A stretch of DNA of 63,620 nucleotides, filler included, from Octopus bimaculoides (GCF_001194135.2; 6 parts of 6 records of this genome joined end to end with filler, not necessarily neighbours in it), one strand, 5' to 3'. Shown: positions 1-12,959, counted from the whole stretch's first letter. A program made the numbers and translations. Notes: a model not told the origin generated them from the sequence alone.

Positions 1-36
<36 letters not shown>

Positions 37-85
37 TATACATACATACATACATACATACATACATACATACATACATACATAC
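1..85. repeat. (TA)n/(TACA)n microsatellite
   Basis: Direct tandem repeats visible. Confidence 0.95.
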
Positions 86-343
86 CGCGTATATGTGAAT
101 GCAATGTCGATGTTATTTGATAGATTATCGATCTCTGTCTGACAAATAAAAACATGATCTCCACGCACCACCATATTTCGAGCCATTCTCAGAGAGTTAC
201 ATACGATGTCAGATTTGACAGGTTCAAACCCGGATCCCTCTCTCCAACACATCCACCCTCCTCACCACGGGTCCCGACACCCAGCACCGATCTCCACCGC
301 TAATGTATTAGATTTAAGACGTATTCCACTTCATGGGGGTTTT

Positions 344-375
344 GCATCTATCTATTTATCTATCTATCTATCTAA

Positions 376-430
<55 letters not shown>

Positions 431-545
431 CCTATCTATCTATCAAGCTAGCTAGCTACCTATCTATTTATCAATCTATCTATCTATTTATCTATATATC
501 TGCCGGCCTATCTAGCTACCTACCTACCTACCTACCTAACTATCT
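344..545. repeat. (TCTA)n/(CTAC)n microsatellite
   Basis: Direct tandem repeats; source of the SIYL-type pseudo-ORFs. Confidence 0.95.
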
Positions 546-932
546 ATATGTCAATCTAGCTATTTTTTTTATATCTATCTACAGATATATACATACATAC
601 TTATATATATGTGTGTGTATGTGTCTGCGCACATGCGTGTGTGGATGTGTTCATATCTGTGTATATGTATATGTATATATATGTATATATGTATATACGT
701 ATGTATGTGCATAAATATATATATATATATATNNNNNNNNNNNNNNNNNNNNNNNNNNNNNNNNNNNNNNNNNNNNNNNNNNNNNNNNNNNNNNNNNNNN
801 NNNNNNNNNNNNNNNNNNNNNNNNNNNNNNNNNNNNNNNNNNNNNNNNNNNNNNNNNNNNNNNNNNNNNNNNNNNNNNNNNNNNNNNNNNNNNNNNNNNN
901 NNNNNNNNNNNNNNNNNNNNNNNNNNNNNNNN

Positions 933-965
<33 letters not shown>

Positions 966-1003
966 ACTCTCTCTTTCTATATATATATACATATATATAT
1001 GTG

Positions 1004-1055
<52 letters not shown>

Positions 1056-1399
1056 AGCACGTATATGTTAATGTATATACTTACCTATACACGTAGACGT
1101 CTCGTTTTACATACAGGAGTAACAGATCTGCATAAACAAACGGAGCGCCTGTTTGCGCGTATCTTCGTCCGCATGTGTGTATGTGTGTTTGTGTGTGTGT
1201 ACGTACATCTTCTAGGGAATACAATAGATTGCGTTTCATCACTCAACGCGATGAAACACTGTATGTTTTGGTTGTCGCCATATTCCTTTAAGAAGATGAA
1301 GCCTCCATAACCCTAAACCTAATGTTTAACTGGAGTTTTTCCAATATCAGAAAGAGTCATTCAAAGAGACTTTCCAGATTATTTCCTCTGTTTAAAATC

Positions 1400-1975
1400 T
1401 AATATTATCATTTCTACTCTAGGTACAAGGCCGAAATTTAGGAGCAGGGTGCCAGTCGATTAGATCGACTCCAGTACGCAACTGGTACTTAATTTATCGA
1501 ATCCGAAAGGAAGAAAGGCAATGTTGACCTCGGCGGAATTTGAACTCAGAACGTAGCGGCAGACGAAATACCGCTAAGTATTTCGCCCGGCGTGCAAACG
1601 TTTCTTATTTCTTTATTGCCCACAAGGGGCTACACACAGAGGGGACAAGGAAGGACAGACAAAGAGATTAAGTCGATCACATCGACTCCAGTGCGTAACT
1701 GGTACTTAATTTACCGACCCCGAAAGGATGAAAAGCAAAGTCGACATCGGCGGAATTTGAACTCAGAACGTAACGGCAGACGAAATAGCGCTAAGCATTT
1801 TACTGGCCGTGCCAACGATTCTGCCTGCTCACCGCCCGAGGCTACAGGAGAACATGGTTGCTCAAGTCATTTGATTGCGGCCATGCTAGAGCGCCGCCTT
1901 TAGTCGTACAAATTGCCGAACCGTAGCAGCAGACGAAATACCGCTAAGCATTTCGCCCGGCGTGCTAACGTATCT
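1400..1975 (-). mobile_element. Cluster of tRNA-derived SINE copies (called family B here; Deu/Nin-like core)
   Basis: Minus strand reads head GGCGAGCTGGCAGAAACGTTAGC, B-box-like GAGTTCAAATTC and core CTTTCATCCTTTCGGGGTCGATAAATTAAGTACCAG. Three copies or fragments, plus a family-A 3' end at about 1836-1903. Confidence 0.85.
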
Positions 1976-2369
1976 TATTTCTTATATTATAAATTTGGTA
2001 ATAAAAGAATTATTAAGCCAAAATCTTGGTTTTGGATCTTATTCATATATGAAATACTACAATTAGACGTGATTTTTGACGGCACGGGTCAACTAGTAAA
2101 AGAATTAATTGTGAGATACAAATAATATGGTAATTTTATTCTCAAACACAGAAACACTCATAGAACATGGCTGGTTGCTGACAAATTTTTCCGCTTTGTA
2201 TGGATATCTTATCCAATCTCTGCTGTTCTATCAGCGTTTATGCGTTTGAAAATAAAATTATCATCTTATTTGCATCTCATCATACACATTTCAACGCTTC
2301 TAAAACCAAACATCAGTTTGTTTACATTTATCGTAGTAAACTACATAAAAGGTTCCTTCTCCAGCCATG

Positions 2370-2592
2370 GCTGGCTCCTGAGGGCCGAATTCTTTCTCGA
2401 GCCATGGCAGGTTAATGAGCGCCGGTTTCCCGGTTTCAGTGGCGTTGAAATACTCGACCTGGATAGGACCCCGGTCTGTCGCAGGATAACTCATTTTTGC
2501 CAGCTGAGTGGACTGGAGCAACGCATCACCAAGTCCAGGAATTGAAACCACAATCTTAAGTCTAATAACCTAACCACTAAACCACGCGCCCC
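2370..2592 (-). mobile_element. Degenerate tRNA-derived SINE
   Basis: Minus strand begins GGCGCGTGGTTTAGTGGTTAGG (A-box-like) with GTTTCAATTCC (B-box-like). Confidence 0.55.
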
Positions 2593-2604
2593 CATCCATC
2601 CAAG

Positions 2605-3272
2605 ATTAAGCCCTCATTCTTTTGTACTCTTGGCACAAGGCGCGATATTTTGGAGGAGGGGGCCAGTCGATTAGATCGACCCCTGTGAGCAACTGGTCCT
2701 TAATTTATCGACCCCGAAATGATGAAAAGCAGAACCAACCTCGGCGGAATTTGAACTCAGAACGTAAAGACAGACGAAATACCGTTAAGCATTTCGCTCG
2801 GCGCGCTAACGTTTCTGCCAGCTCGCCGCCCTAATATCTATTAGGTATTCTTTACTCCTCTAGGCACAAGGTCCGAAATGTTGGGGGAGGGGGCCAGTCG
2901 ATTGGATCGACCCCAGTACGCAACTGGTACTGAATTTATCAACCTCGAAAGGAATAAAGGCAAAATCGACATCGGCGGAATTTGAACTCAGAACATAAAG
3001 ACAGATGAAAGCATTTCGCCCGGCGTCCTAACGTTTCTCATTTCTTTATTGCCAACAAGGGGCTAAACATAAAGGGGACAAACAAGGACACACACAGGGA
3101 TTAAGTCGATTACATCAATCCCAGTGCGCAACTGATCCTTAATTTATCGACCCTGAAAGGATGAAAGGCAAAGTCGACCTCGGCGGAATTGGAACTCAGA
3201 ACGTAAAGACAGACAAAATACGGCTAAGCATTTCGTCCGGCGTGCTAACCATTCTGCCAGTACGCCGCGTTA
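2605..3272 (-). mobile_element. Three tandem family-B SINE copies
   Basis: Same head and core as 1400-1975, repeated at about 2612-2830, 2848-3035 and 3036-3270. Confidence 0.85.
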
Positions 3273-3504
3273 GATTAATCCCTCATTAACAACCGGAAGC
3301 ATTCATGAGAGCAGCAGGGTGAGTGTCTCTTTGTCCTTGTTTATTCTGATGGTCTTCCTGTAACTACGCATTCTTGGTGCGACGAACAAAATCTGTTAAC
3401 CTGGAATTAATGTCGCCGTAATGACAAATCGCCGAATACTGCGATACCCATCTTGGCAGAAAGTCCTATCGCTGACACAAGGTATTGAGAGCACAGAGCC
3501 AGAC

Positions 3505-3843
3505 ACAAACACACACACACACACACACACAAGCACGTACGCACACACATACATGCACGCACGGAGTGCAAAGATACGCACACTCGTCCGGGCTCACACA
3601 CACACACAAACACACACACCTGCACTCACAAACACACACACGCACGCATACGCACGCACACACGCACGGACACATACACTCGCACACATTCAATATACAT
3701 ACGCACATACATACACACACATTCACACACGCATTCACGCAAACATACACATGCACCCACAAACACATACGCGCTCACACACGCACGCACGTACACGGAC
3801 GCACACATATGCACGCACACATGCACATACATACAAACAACTT

Positions 3844-3875
<32 letters not shown>

Positions 3876-3982
3876 CATACACACACATACAAACACACAC
3901 AGACGCGCACGCACACACATGAACACAAGATCCCGCACGCACGCACACACATACACACACACACATACACATACACACACAG
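3505..3982. repeat. Degenerate (CA)n/(CACG)n simple repeat
   Basis: Visible low-complexity tract; source of the HTHT/CVCV pseudo-ORFs. Confidence 0.95.
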
Positions 3983-4176
3983 ACTTTCCATTTTATTAAA
4001 GGTGAAAAATTATTTCGGAAACTGTTAGAGTTTCACGTGACAGTTCATCAATCGGTTGTGATAACAGCTTTTGAAGATTTTTTGCAGCTTTAATAAAAAT
4101 CTCCTTTGATATTCATGTAGTCTTTTTTTCCATCTTAGTTTTTTACTTATATGTTTGCCTGTTTATGTATATGCAT

Positions 4177-4211
<35 letters not shown>

Positions 4212-4313
4212 ACGCTGGGTTTGTCTCGGCATGTGATTGTAACAAACATGCAGATTAAAAGTAAATAGTAATAACAACAACAATAATAATAACAATTATA
4301 ATATAATTATAAT

Positions 4314-4752
4314 ACACACAGATAGAGAAATTAAGGCAAATAGGCCGGATATAGTTGCCAGAGATCACCAAGAAATATATTGCTTTCTAATCGATGTATC
4401 AATACCTACAGATGACAATGTTTCTGTAAAAGAAACGGAGAAACTTTCAAATTACAAAGACCTGGAAATAGAGGTAACTCGAATGTGGAGTTTGAAAACA
4501 GAAACATATTACGATCATAGTAGGCGCGTTAAAAGAATATTCAGACTAATGCATAACAAAAATACCAGGACTAACATGTGTATATAACATACAGAAAATT
4601 GCACTACTGGGCACCGCACACATCCTACGCAAAACACTTTCACTACAGTAACCATAAGAGCATCACAGCAAACCACAGCACATACCCAAGGCACACAGAG
4701 CTGCGCTCGGTAGTGAAGTGAAAGCACGTTATAAAAATAAAACTACTGAACA
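4314..4752 (+). mobile_element. 5'-truncated R4/Dong-like non-LTR retrotransposon (restriction-like endonuclease domain and 3' UTR)
   Basis: Translates HTDREIKANRPDIV...LIDVSIP...KYKDL-like (NYKDLEIEVTRMW), then after a frameshift IIVGAL...IQKIALLGTAHILRKTLSLQ* (stop 4649-4651). These are RLE motifs of the R4 clade. AAT/AAC repeats flank both sides. Confidence 0.8.
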
Positions 4753-4769
4753 ATAATAATAATAATAAT

Positions 4770-4823
<54 letters not shown>

Positions 4824-4859
4824 TATAATAATATAATAATAATAATAATAACAATAATG

Positions 4860-5231
4860 ATAAGTCCCTTGGTGGCTGACAATATGTGCATCTCTGATCA
4901 AGAGCAGAAGTAGTGGGGGAGCATTATAGCCATGTGTTGAGAGGAGTTCTTTGGGATTTGAATAATTCACCTTTGGAAACATGGGCGTTTTGCTCAACAT
5001 CCTTAAACAAACCTTATTCAGGGATCTTTTGAACGGGATGGGCTAGTCGAACTGAGTGCCCCACCTGCAAGGCCATGCACTGTTTATCTTGAAATGAGAT
5101 GACTGTTTCACTCACATCTGTTTGTGATGCATGTGCCTGGCGTACCCTTATCAGACGGGTAGTCATGATGGGTATACTGGGCTTCGTATATTTGTATACC
5201 AGCGTCATTTTGACGGCATGCGATACTCGCA

Positions 5232-5284
<53 letters not shown>

Positions 5285-5290
5285 CAACAC
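4860..5290 (+). mobile_element. Non-coding interspersed element ending in an (AAT)n tail
   Basis: Unique-looking body embedded between AAT tracts and ending in (AAT)n; family not assignable from sequence alone. Confidence 0.4.
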
Positions 5291-5978
5291 TATTAATTTT
5301 CTTTAATACCGAACAATTTTTTTCGAAATTTATGGTAATAGTATGGTGTTTTATGTGCCAAAAATGTGCGACAAAAGAAAAGACATTAATATCGGGAAAA
5401 AAACTAACATCTGAATATACTATTTGAAATTAAAAATATTGATGTGTTTTCTGAAACAATATATTACAAAGATATCAATAATATTTATCGAAATAGTAGT
5501 CTTCTATGTATTGTATGTAATGTATATACATAGCTGAGAGGCAAGTAACTGCAGTTTTTGTCTTAGATAAAATCTCTTACAGCCGTGCTGTGTTTAAAAA
5601 CAAATCTACCTGAAAGGCATATAGACATTAAATATGATACATACATGGCTAATGTAACGAAATACTGCTCCGCTTGTGCATGACTGTATATTTATTCAGC
5701 TCAGCGGCTGTTCGCAACGTCAGCGCTTGTATTATCCGTTGGTTTTTCTTTTATATATGAGAGTGGTTACAGGATTCGTCGAGCGATGTGGCTGCACGTA
5801 CATGCCATTCGTTTGCAAGTTTTGACACAAGGCCAGCAAGTTCGGGTGTCTGGTGAAATCGATTGCATAGATCACCAGGTATTCGACTGGTGGCTATTTT
5901 ATCAACCTCGGTGGAACAGGGAGCCAAAAATGCTGCAAAGTATTTTGACTGGTGTGCTAAGACTCCTGCCAGTATGCT

Positions 5979-6071
5979 TTAATAATAATAATAATAATAA
6001 TCACAAGAAGCAGAAGAACAACAACAATAATAATGATGATGATGATGATGATGATAACAATAATACTGAGG

Positions 6072-6133
<62 letters not shown>
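5979..6133. repeat. (AAT)n/(GAT)n microsatellite next to a gap
   Basis: Visible. Confidence 0.95.
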
Positions 6134-6777
6134 NNNNNNNNNNNNNNNNNNNNNNNNNNNNNNNNNNNNNNNNNNNNNNNNNNNNNNNNNNNNNNNNNNN
6201 NNNNNNNNNNNNNNNNNNNNNNNNNNNNNNNNNNNNNNNNNNNNNNNNNNNNNNNNNNNNNNNNNNNNNNNNNNNNNNNNNNNNNNNNNNNNNNNNNNNN
6301 NNNNNNNNNNNNNNNNNNNNNNNNNNNNNNNNNNNNNNNNNNNNNNNNNNNNNNNNNNNNNNNNNNNNNNNNNNNNNNNNNNNNNNNNNNNNNNNNNNNN
6401 NNNNNNNNNNNNNNNNNNNNNNNNNNNNNNNNNNNNNNNNNNNNNNNNNNNNNNNNNNNNNNNNNNNNNNNNNNNNNNNNNNNNNNNNNNNNNNNNNNNN
6501 NNNNNNNNNNNNNNNNNNNNNNNNNNNNNNNNNNNNNNNNNNNNNNNNNNNNNNNNNNNNNNNNNNNNNNNNNNNNNNNNNNNNNNNNNNNNNNNNNNNN
6601 NNNNNNNNNNNNNNNNNNNNNNNNNNNNNNNNNNNNNNNNNNNNNNNNNNNNNNNNNNNNNNNNNNNNNNAAATGTGTCAAAGCCAACAGGAAGCGGTCC
6701 AGCTTCCTAGGGCTAAATAGCAGTAGTATATTCCCTTATTGGGACTGTCACGTTAAGTTGGCAGTATACAACTACTT

Positions 6778-6823
<46 letters not shown>

Positions 6824-6827
6824 TAAT

Positions 6828-6980
6828 AGGTTTCCTTCAGTTTCCTTCAACTAAATTCATTCTCAAGGCCTTGGTCGGGGTCAGCCAAGAGCTACAGTAG
6901 AAGACACTCATGGTACCGCGCAGTGGTACTGAACCGGAAACCACGCGATTGCGAAGCGACCTACTTGGCCACACATGCAT
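6828..6980 (-). mobile_element. tRNA-derived SINE family A, 5' half
   Basis: Reverse complement matches the head and body of the copies at 8492 and 63295. Confidence 0.7.
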
Positions 6981-7545
6981 GCCTGTAGCCCGTCTGCAAG
7001 GGAAGTTAATTCACACCAAGCTACTGTAACTTGCCTGCTACACGTGTATACACATTGGAGACATATAGGTGAGCAATCTTATTTAATAGCGCTTCAATTG
7101 TGCAAACTGATTGAAACGGGTAGATATTTTATTAATGTCTCCGAAGATGGCCACACGCACGGACTGAGAAGAGTGACGTAACACCATATAAACACATCAA
7201 GCATTATAGCCTTCTCTATTCAGAGCAAGACGCGGAGAGAAACACGGAAATAACAGCATGATAAGAATATATTCGCTTAATGGATTCTAAAATGAGGAAT
7301 CTTGCCACGGAATCTAAAGATATTCCGAAAAGAACACGCAGAAACACATACAGACATACACACACTTATGCACAGGTACGTACGCACACACGTCTGGGTG
7401 TATACATTATTTATACAGGTGGATGTACGATTTTGAGTATGTAGAGATATTGATGTGTTTTAAACATATACATGTGCATACACACACAGACATACGCATA
7501 CATATATATATATATATTAGATATATATGAATATATGTATTAAGA

Positions 7546-8172
<627 letters not shown>

Positions 8173-8491
8173 GATCAATGAATTCGATCGCTGTCATCAA
8201 TATCTCTGTTATCTTTCAGTGATTCACCGGTTGAAAGAGCTTTAGTCGAATGTATCGAACCAAACCCTCGTAAATTTTAAGCCTGGTACTCATTCTATCG
8301 GTGTCTTTTGCCGAACCATTAAGTTGCAGCGACGTTAGCACACCAATAACAGTTTCAAAGCGGTGGAAGTGGGGGGAGGGCAAACATACACACACACGCA
8401 CGCACACATACATATAACATATATGTATAAATACACAGATACACACACACCAACATACACACACCTGCACACACAAACACACACATATATA

Positions 8492-8915
8492 GGCGTAGGA
8501 GTGGCTCTGTGGTAAGAAGCTTGCTTCCCAACAACATGTCTCTGGGTTCATTGCCCACTGTGTCATTCCTTGTTGGGCAAGTGTCTTCTACTATAATCTC
8601 GGAGCCGACCAAAGCTCCGTGAGTGGATATGATTGACGGAAACTGAAAGAAGCCCGTATCATATATATATATATGCTTACGTATGTGTGTGTAAGCGTGT
8701 TTGTGTTTGTGTTTTACTCCCCACCGTCGCTTGACAACCGATGATGTTCTATTTATGCACTCGTAACTTAGCGGTTCGGCATAAGTGGCTGATAGAATAA
8801 TTATTAGGCTTCCAAAGAACAAGTATTGAAGTCGTTTTATTCGACTGAATCCCTTTAAGGCGGTGCTCCACCATGGCCGCAGTCAAATGACTGACACAAG
8901 TAAAAGAATAAAAAA
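8492..8915 (+). mobile_element. Near full-length tRNA-derived SINE family A
   Basis: Head GGCGTAGGAGTGGCT...GGGTTCA, CORE-like TTGGGCAAGTGTCTTCTACTATA, internal TA/TG microsatellite, 3' end GCAGTCAAATGACTGACACAAGTAAAAG. Many copies in the window. Confidence 0.85.
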
Positions 8916-8968
8916 GTAAAAGTATATATATATACATATATATACATATATAAATATATATATATATA

Positions 8969-9068
8969 NNNNNNNNNNNNNNNNNNNNNNNNNNNNNNNN
9001 NNNNNNNNNNNNTTAATTAATTAANNNNNNNNNNNNNNNNNNNNNNNNNNNNNNNNNNNNNNNNNNNN
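8969..9068. other. Artificial scaffold-join spacer (44N-TTAATTAATTAA-44N)
   Basis: Exactly 100 bp; the 12-mer at 9013-9024 gives stops in all six frames; identical structure recurs five times. Confidence 0.95.
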
Positions 9069-10176
9069 TAGCATGGAAAGCGGACGTTAAACGATGATGA
9101 TGATGATGATGATTTCAATTCAAAGGCTGTGTATAAAAGTAAGGATTAAATTGTTCAAGAGAGATAACTCTAAGAGATATAAGGAAATAAAGAATCCTAC
9201 TCTGCACTTGTAAACCCAGAACAATGATAAACAAGACAGTTAAAAACAGAAGACACCACACACCATACATATTAATAAATCTAATAAATAAATTTAGCTT
9301 ATTCTGAGAAATTTCACAATTGAAGCATTATTCATGATTAAGATAATGCTTGCAAGTAGAATAAAAATCATCCGTTTGTTTATTTCAAATGAAGTTGAAG
9401 AGAGAACACATCTTTAGTTTTATTTACATGTTAGCAACTGTAAGGACCAAAATCTTTACAAGAAGATTATGTTATACTGAAATGAAGAACAGAAGGGAAG
9501 ATTAGGTCAGCACATGGACCATAAGTGCATTAACACCATAAAAGGTACAGGGAGAGCATATATTATTTTCAAATGTCGAGTATATCAACAGTTTTCTCCA
9601 GTGAAAGATCTAATTGAAAGACATATGGTATACATGAAGAGACTAAGATCAGTTTAGTGAGTACCATAAATGTAAGGAGTAAGTTCTTAGCAAATAAACT
9701 AAAACTCTGTAACTTTTAATTTCATCCCTGGTCATAATCCAAATTATTTACTGTCCTAAATATCCTGGGAAATTCTATGAAAATCCCAACTATTTATCTA
9801 TCTCTGAAGTCAACAGGCTTGATCAGTCATTAATGAACATCTCTGATCACAAATAGTCAAGTAATCCTTGAGAAAGGGATGAATAAATATTTGATATTTA
9901 TACTATAAGATAAATGTACAGTGATAAGGTCATAAACAAATCTGTGTTGTAATTGATTATATTGGAAATCAATATAAACATTTAGAAGCACATTTGGCAA
10001 AATGGGTCAAGAATTAGGTCATGAGTTGACATTTTACTGCAGTTTATTATATAGATTCAGGTTTACATAAGAGATCAATGGGAATAAGCTTTGATGAGAA
10101 GCATAACACACATGCCCTGGTTCCAGTTTTTGGTTAAAATCATTTCATTTCAGATGAGTCATAAGATCCAATTTCT

Positions 10177-10236
<60 letters not shown>

Positions 10237-10569
10237 TTTCCCTCTCCCTTTTTGCCAATCCAAGTACCGTAAAAACCCATGTAATTTGCACACCTGTGTA
10301 ATTTACACAGGTGATTTTCAGGATAAAAATTGTTTAAAAAGGCTTATACTCAAATAAATTTCACACCCAAAAGTTTTCAGAATTGCCGATATGGCTGGGA
10401 TGAAAGGGCATTTAATTTAGTTGTATTAAGCATAATTGCACTGACTTATGATTAGATCTTATAAAATTTTCATTAAATAAAAATAATTTCTGTTTAACAG
10501 GTATCGCATTAAAAGATATTAAATTAGAAAGTGTTTGTGCTGTCTTCTATATAAATAAAATCCATTTTT

Positions 10570-10937
10570 TACATTATTTACATCCAAAGGATATTTGTCC
10601 TCATCTTGTTTGTTGTTAACACGTTTTGGCTGATATACCCTCCAGCCTTCTTCAGGTGTCTTGGGGAAATTTCGAACCTGGGTTCTCATTCCTAAGGTAT
10701 TTTTCGATGTTATTATTATTGTTATTGTTCAGGTCACTGCTTGGAATCGAACTTGAAATCTTGGAGTTAGTAGCCCGTGCTCTTAACCACTACGCCATAT
10801 GCCCTGGGCATATGGCATAGTGATTAAGACCTGAATAATAATAATAACATCGAAAAATACCTTAGGAATGAGAACCCAGGTTCGAAATTTCCCCAAGACA
10901 CCTGAAGAAGGCTGGAGGGTATATCAGCTGAAACGTG
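10570..10937. mobile_element. Head-to-head foldback element: tRNA-like head, AAT linker and Penelope-like tail with hammerhead core
   Basis: Inverted arms about axis 10805. Minus arm has A-box TGGCGTAGTGG (10787-10797) and B-box GTTCGATTCC (10743-10752). Both arms carry CTGAAGA-A-GGCTG-loop-CAGC(C/T)-(G/A)AAAC. Confidence 0.75.
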
Positions 10938-11461
10938 CATACAAAGGAAAAGTTGTTAAGAATTATCAACAAAAACAAAGCTGATAAGTACACACAGGGG
11001 TTGCAAATTAAGCTTAATTGCCAATATCAGCTTGGATGACACTTTACTCAACCAAGTAAAATATGGCCTGGACCATGATTACCAGCATGTATGTCAGACT
11101 TCAAAAAGTAGTTAACCATTTAATGGTTTTAGTAAATTTATACAGAAAAAGTATGCATTATACCGTCCAACATAAATAACAGTCAACTTCATTATATTTA
11201 AGCCTATTAAATGAGTCAAGTTCTAGTACAGATGTTTACATTTTGTAGGTCTTTTGTCAACAAAAAACAAAAATTCTAAAAAAATTCTGGAAACGGTCAA
11301 CTCATGTAATTTACGCATCCCCTAAAGTTTATTTTTTATTTTTGCGAAAAAAGTGAGTAAATTACATGGGTTTTTTGCAGTAATCAAAATTAGTTGTCAC
11401 TGACTGATTGTGTTTTAGCAATATTTTAAGTTTCTGAACAAAACAGTTCCAAAATACTTGC

Positions 11462-11578
11462 CTTCATTGTGATTCCAGGTAACATCAGCAGCACTGTAGT
11501 TTAAGGTGATGTTTTTACCAACTCGAAAGTTTGCTTTTTCTTCAAAATTCTCTTCTCCAATTGAAAATATTTTGAATA
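11462..11578 (-). CDS. WDR24: GATOR2 subunit WDR24, internal coding exon
   Basis: Translates (V)FKIFSIGEENFEEKANFRVGKNITLNYSAADVTWNHNE, matching vertebrate WDR24 [36 protein letters not shown]. 117 nt, phase 1-1, AG acceptor, GC donor (AG|GCAAGT). Confidence 0.9.
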
Positions 11579-11704
11579 CTTCAATTTAAAGAAGAAAAAA
11601 AAATTACAAAATAAAATGAATAGACATTAAAAGACAGAAACTATAAATAAATTAACCTCTTTATGAAGTGAAAGCTTTCAATAAAAGATTTTCTTAATCA
11701 AGTC

Positions 11705-12370
11705 AGTCATCATGATCATGTCTGTTTTCTATGCTGGCATGGGTTGGATGGCTTGACTGGGGACTGACAAGCCAGGAGGCCTCACCAGCCTCCAATCTAA
11801 TCTGGCAATGTTCCTACAGCTGGATGCCCTTCCTAACACCAACCACTCCGAGAGGGTAGTGGGTGCTTTTTATGTGCCACTGGCACAGGAGCCGGTCAGG
11901 TGGCACTGGTATCGGCCACATTTGGATGATGCTTTTTACATGCCATCGGCACAGGGAGCCAGTCAGGCGGCACTAACAATGACCCACGCATGAATGGTGC
12001 TTATTGTGTGCCACTAGCAAGAGAGCCAGTCAGGCNNNNNNNNNNNNNNNNNNNNNNNNNNNNGGGGGGGGGGGATCAACCATGTTCGTATGGTGCTTTT
12101 TACATGCCATCGGCACAGGGAGCCAGTCAGGCGGCACTAACAATGACCCACGCATGAATGGTGCTTATTGTGTGCCACTAGCAAGAGAGCCAGTCAGGCA
12201 GCACTGGCATCGGCCACAACTAGAATTTTCATTTGATTGTGATTTTATTTTTGATTTTACTTGGCTCAATAGGTCTCCTCAAGCAGAGTGTGTCGTCCGA
12301 CAATTCAAAAGTAATTTTTAAATGGGCTGGTTATGCGACACTGGTGTAAGCTACAGCTGTGATCTCACTT
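11705..12370 (-). mobile_element. Non-autonomous retroelement with (GAT)n tail and internal tandem subrepeats
   Basis: Shares CTACAGCTGGATGCCCTTCC and the CATCATCAT tail with copies at about 36520, 38025-38295, 38521-38641 and 9069-9112. Confidence 0.65.
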
Positions 12371-12612
12371 TACTTGCCGGGTCTTCTCAATCACAGCATA
12401 TCTCCAGAGGATTAAGCCCCAAAGCTATGTGTGGGGAATGAAATTCTTAACCATATAGACATGCCTTCACCTATAACCAATAAACCAATTCTTATTTAAT
12501 AGTATTCTACTGTACAAAAGCTGAAGTGTGAGTTTGATTGAAAAACATGTGAAATGTTTGTAATAGAATGAGAATATAATCCTCCAAATAGAAATAAAGG
12601 AATTTTTCCTAC

Positions 12613-12717
12613 CTTGACGTCCTGCAATAACAACCTGATTAGCATCTTTATTAAGAGCTATAGCATTAATTTGTTCTTGAACACAATGTTGGATGGATAT
12701 GGCAGAATGCTCTCTCA
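12613..12717 (-). CDS. WDR24: WDR24 internal coding exon
   Basis: Translates (V)REHSAISIQHCVQEQINAIALNKDANQVVIAGRQ, similar to WDR24 [34 protein letters not shown] acceptor, CAAG|GTAGG donor, 105 nt, phase 1-1. Confidence 0.9.
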
Positions 12718-12959
12718 CTGAAATAAAAAGATTAAAATTACACATTCAATTGTGATAATTATAAAATGAAGTACTCTTATCATTTGATAGGATTATAATT
12801 ATATTTGTTCATTTAATGCATATTTCTTCAAATCAAAATTACCAGGATATGAATTGAACAAATCAACCAATAATTGAATGCTTTATTATACAAGTAATAT
12901 TGGATATCTTTTTTGTAACTTGGTATTAAAAGGGTTAAAATGACAACTTACAGGCATTA

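Noticed and set aside
4011-4055. Another hammerhead (minus strand TTGATGA-ACTGT..ACAGT-TTCC-GAAA)
   Set aside because: U3-G8 mismatch, extra bases before GAAA, and no stem I or III; at best a decayed relic.
9013-9024. TTAATTAATTAA as a conserved regulatory or recombination motif
   Set aside because: It is always centred in exactly 44+44 N; this is an assembly linker with six-frame stops.
10740-10800. Functional tRNA gene
   Set aside because: A- and B-boxes are present, but I could not fold a complete cloverleaf with an acceptor stem; it is embedded in a repeat, so it is treated as a SINE head.
11935-12200. Identical roughly 100-bp direct repeat on either side of the 28-N gap
   Set aside because: Most likely an unmerged contig overlap or a subrepeat of the (GAT)n-tailed element; not CRISPR-like.
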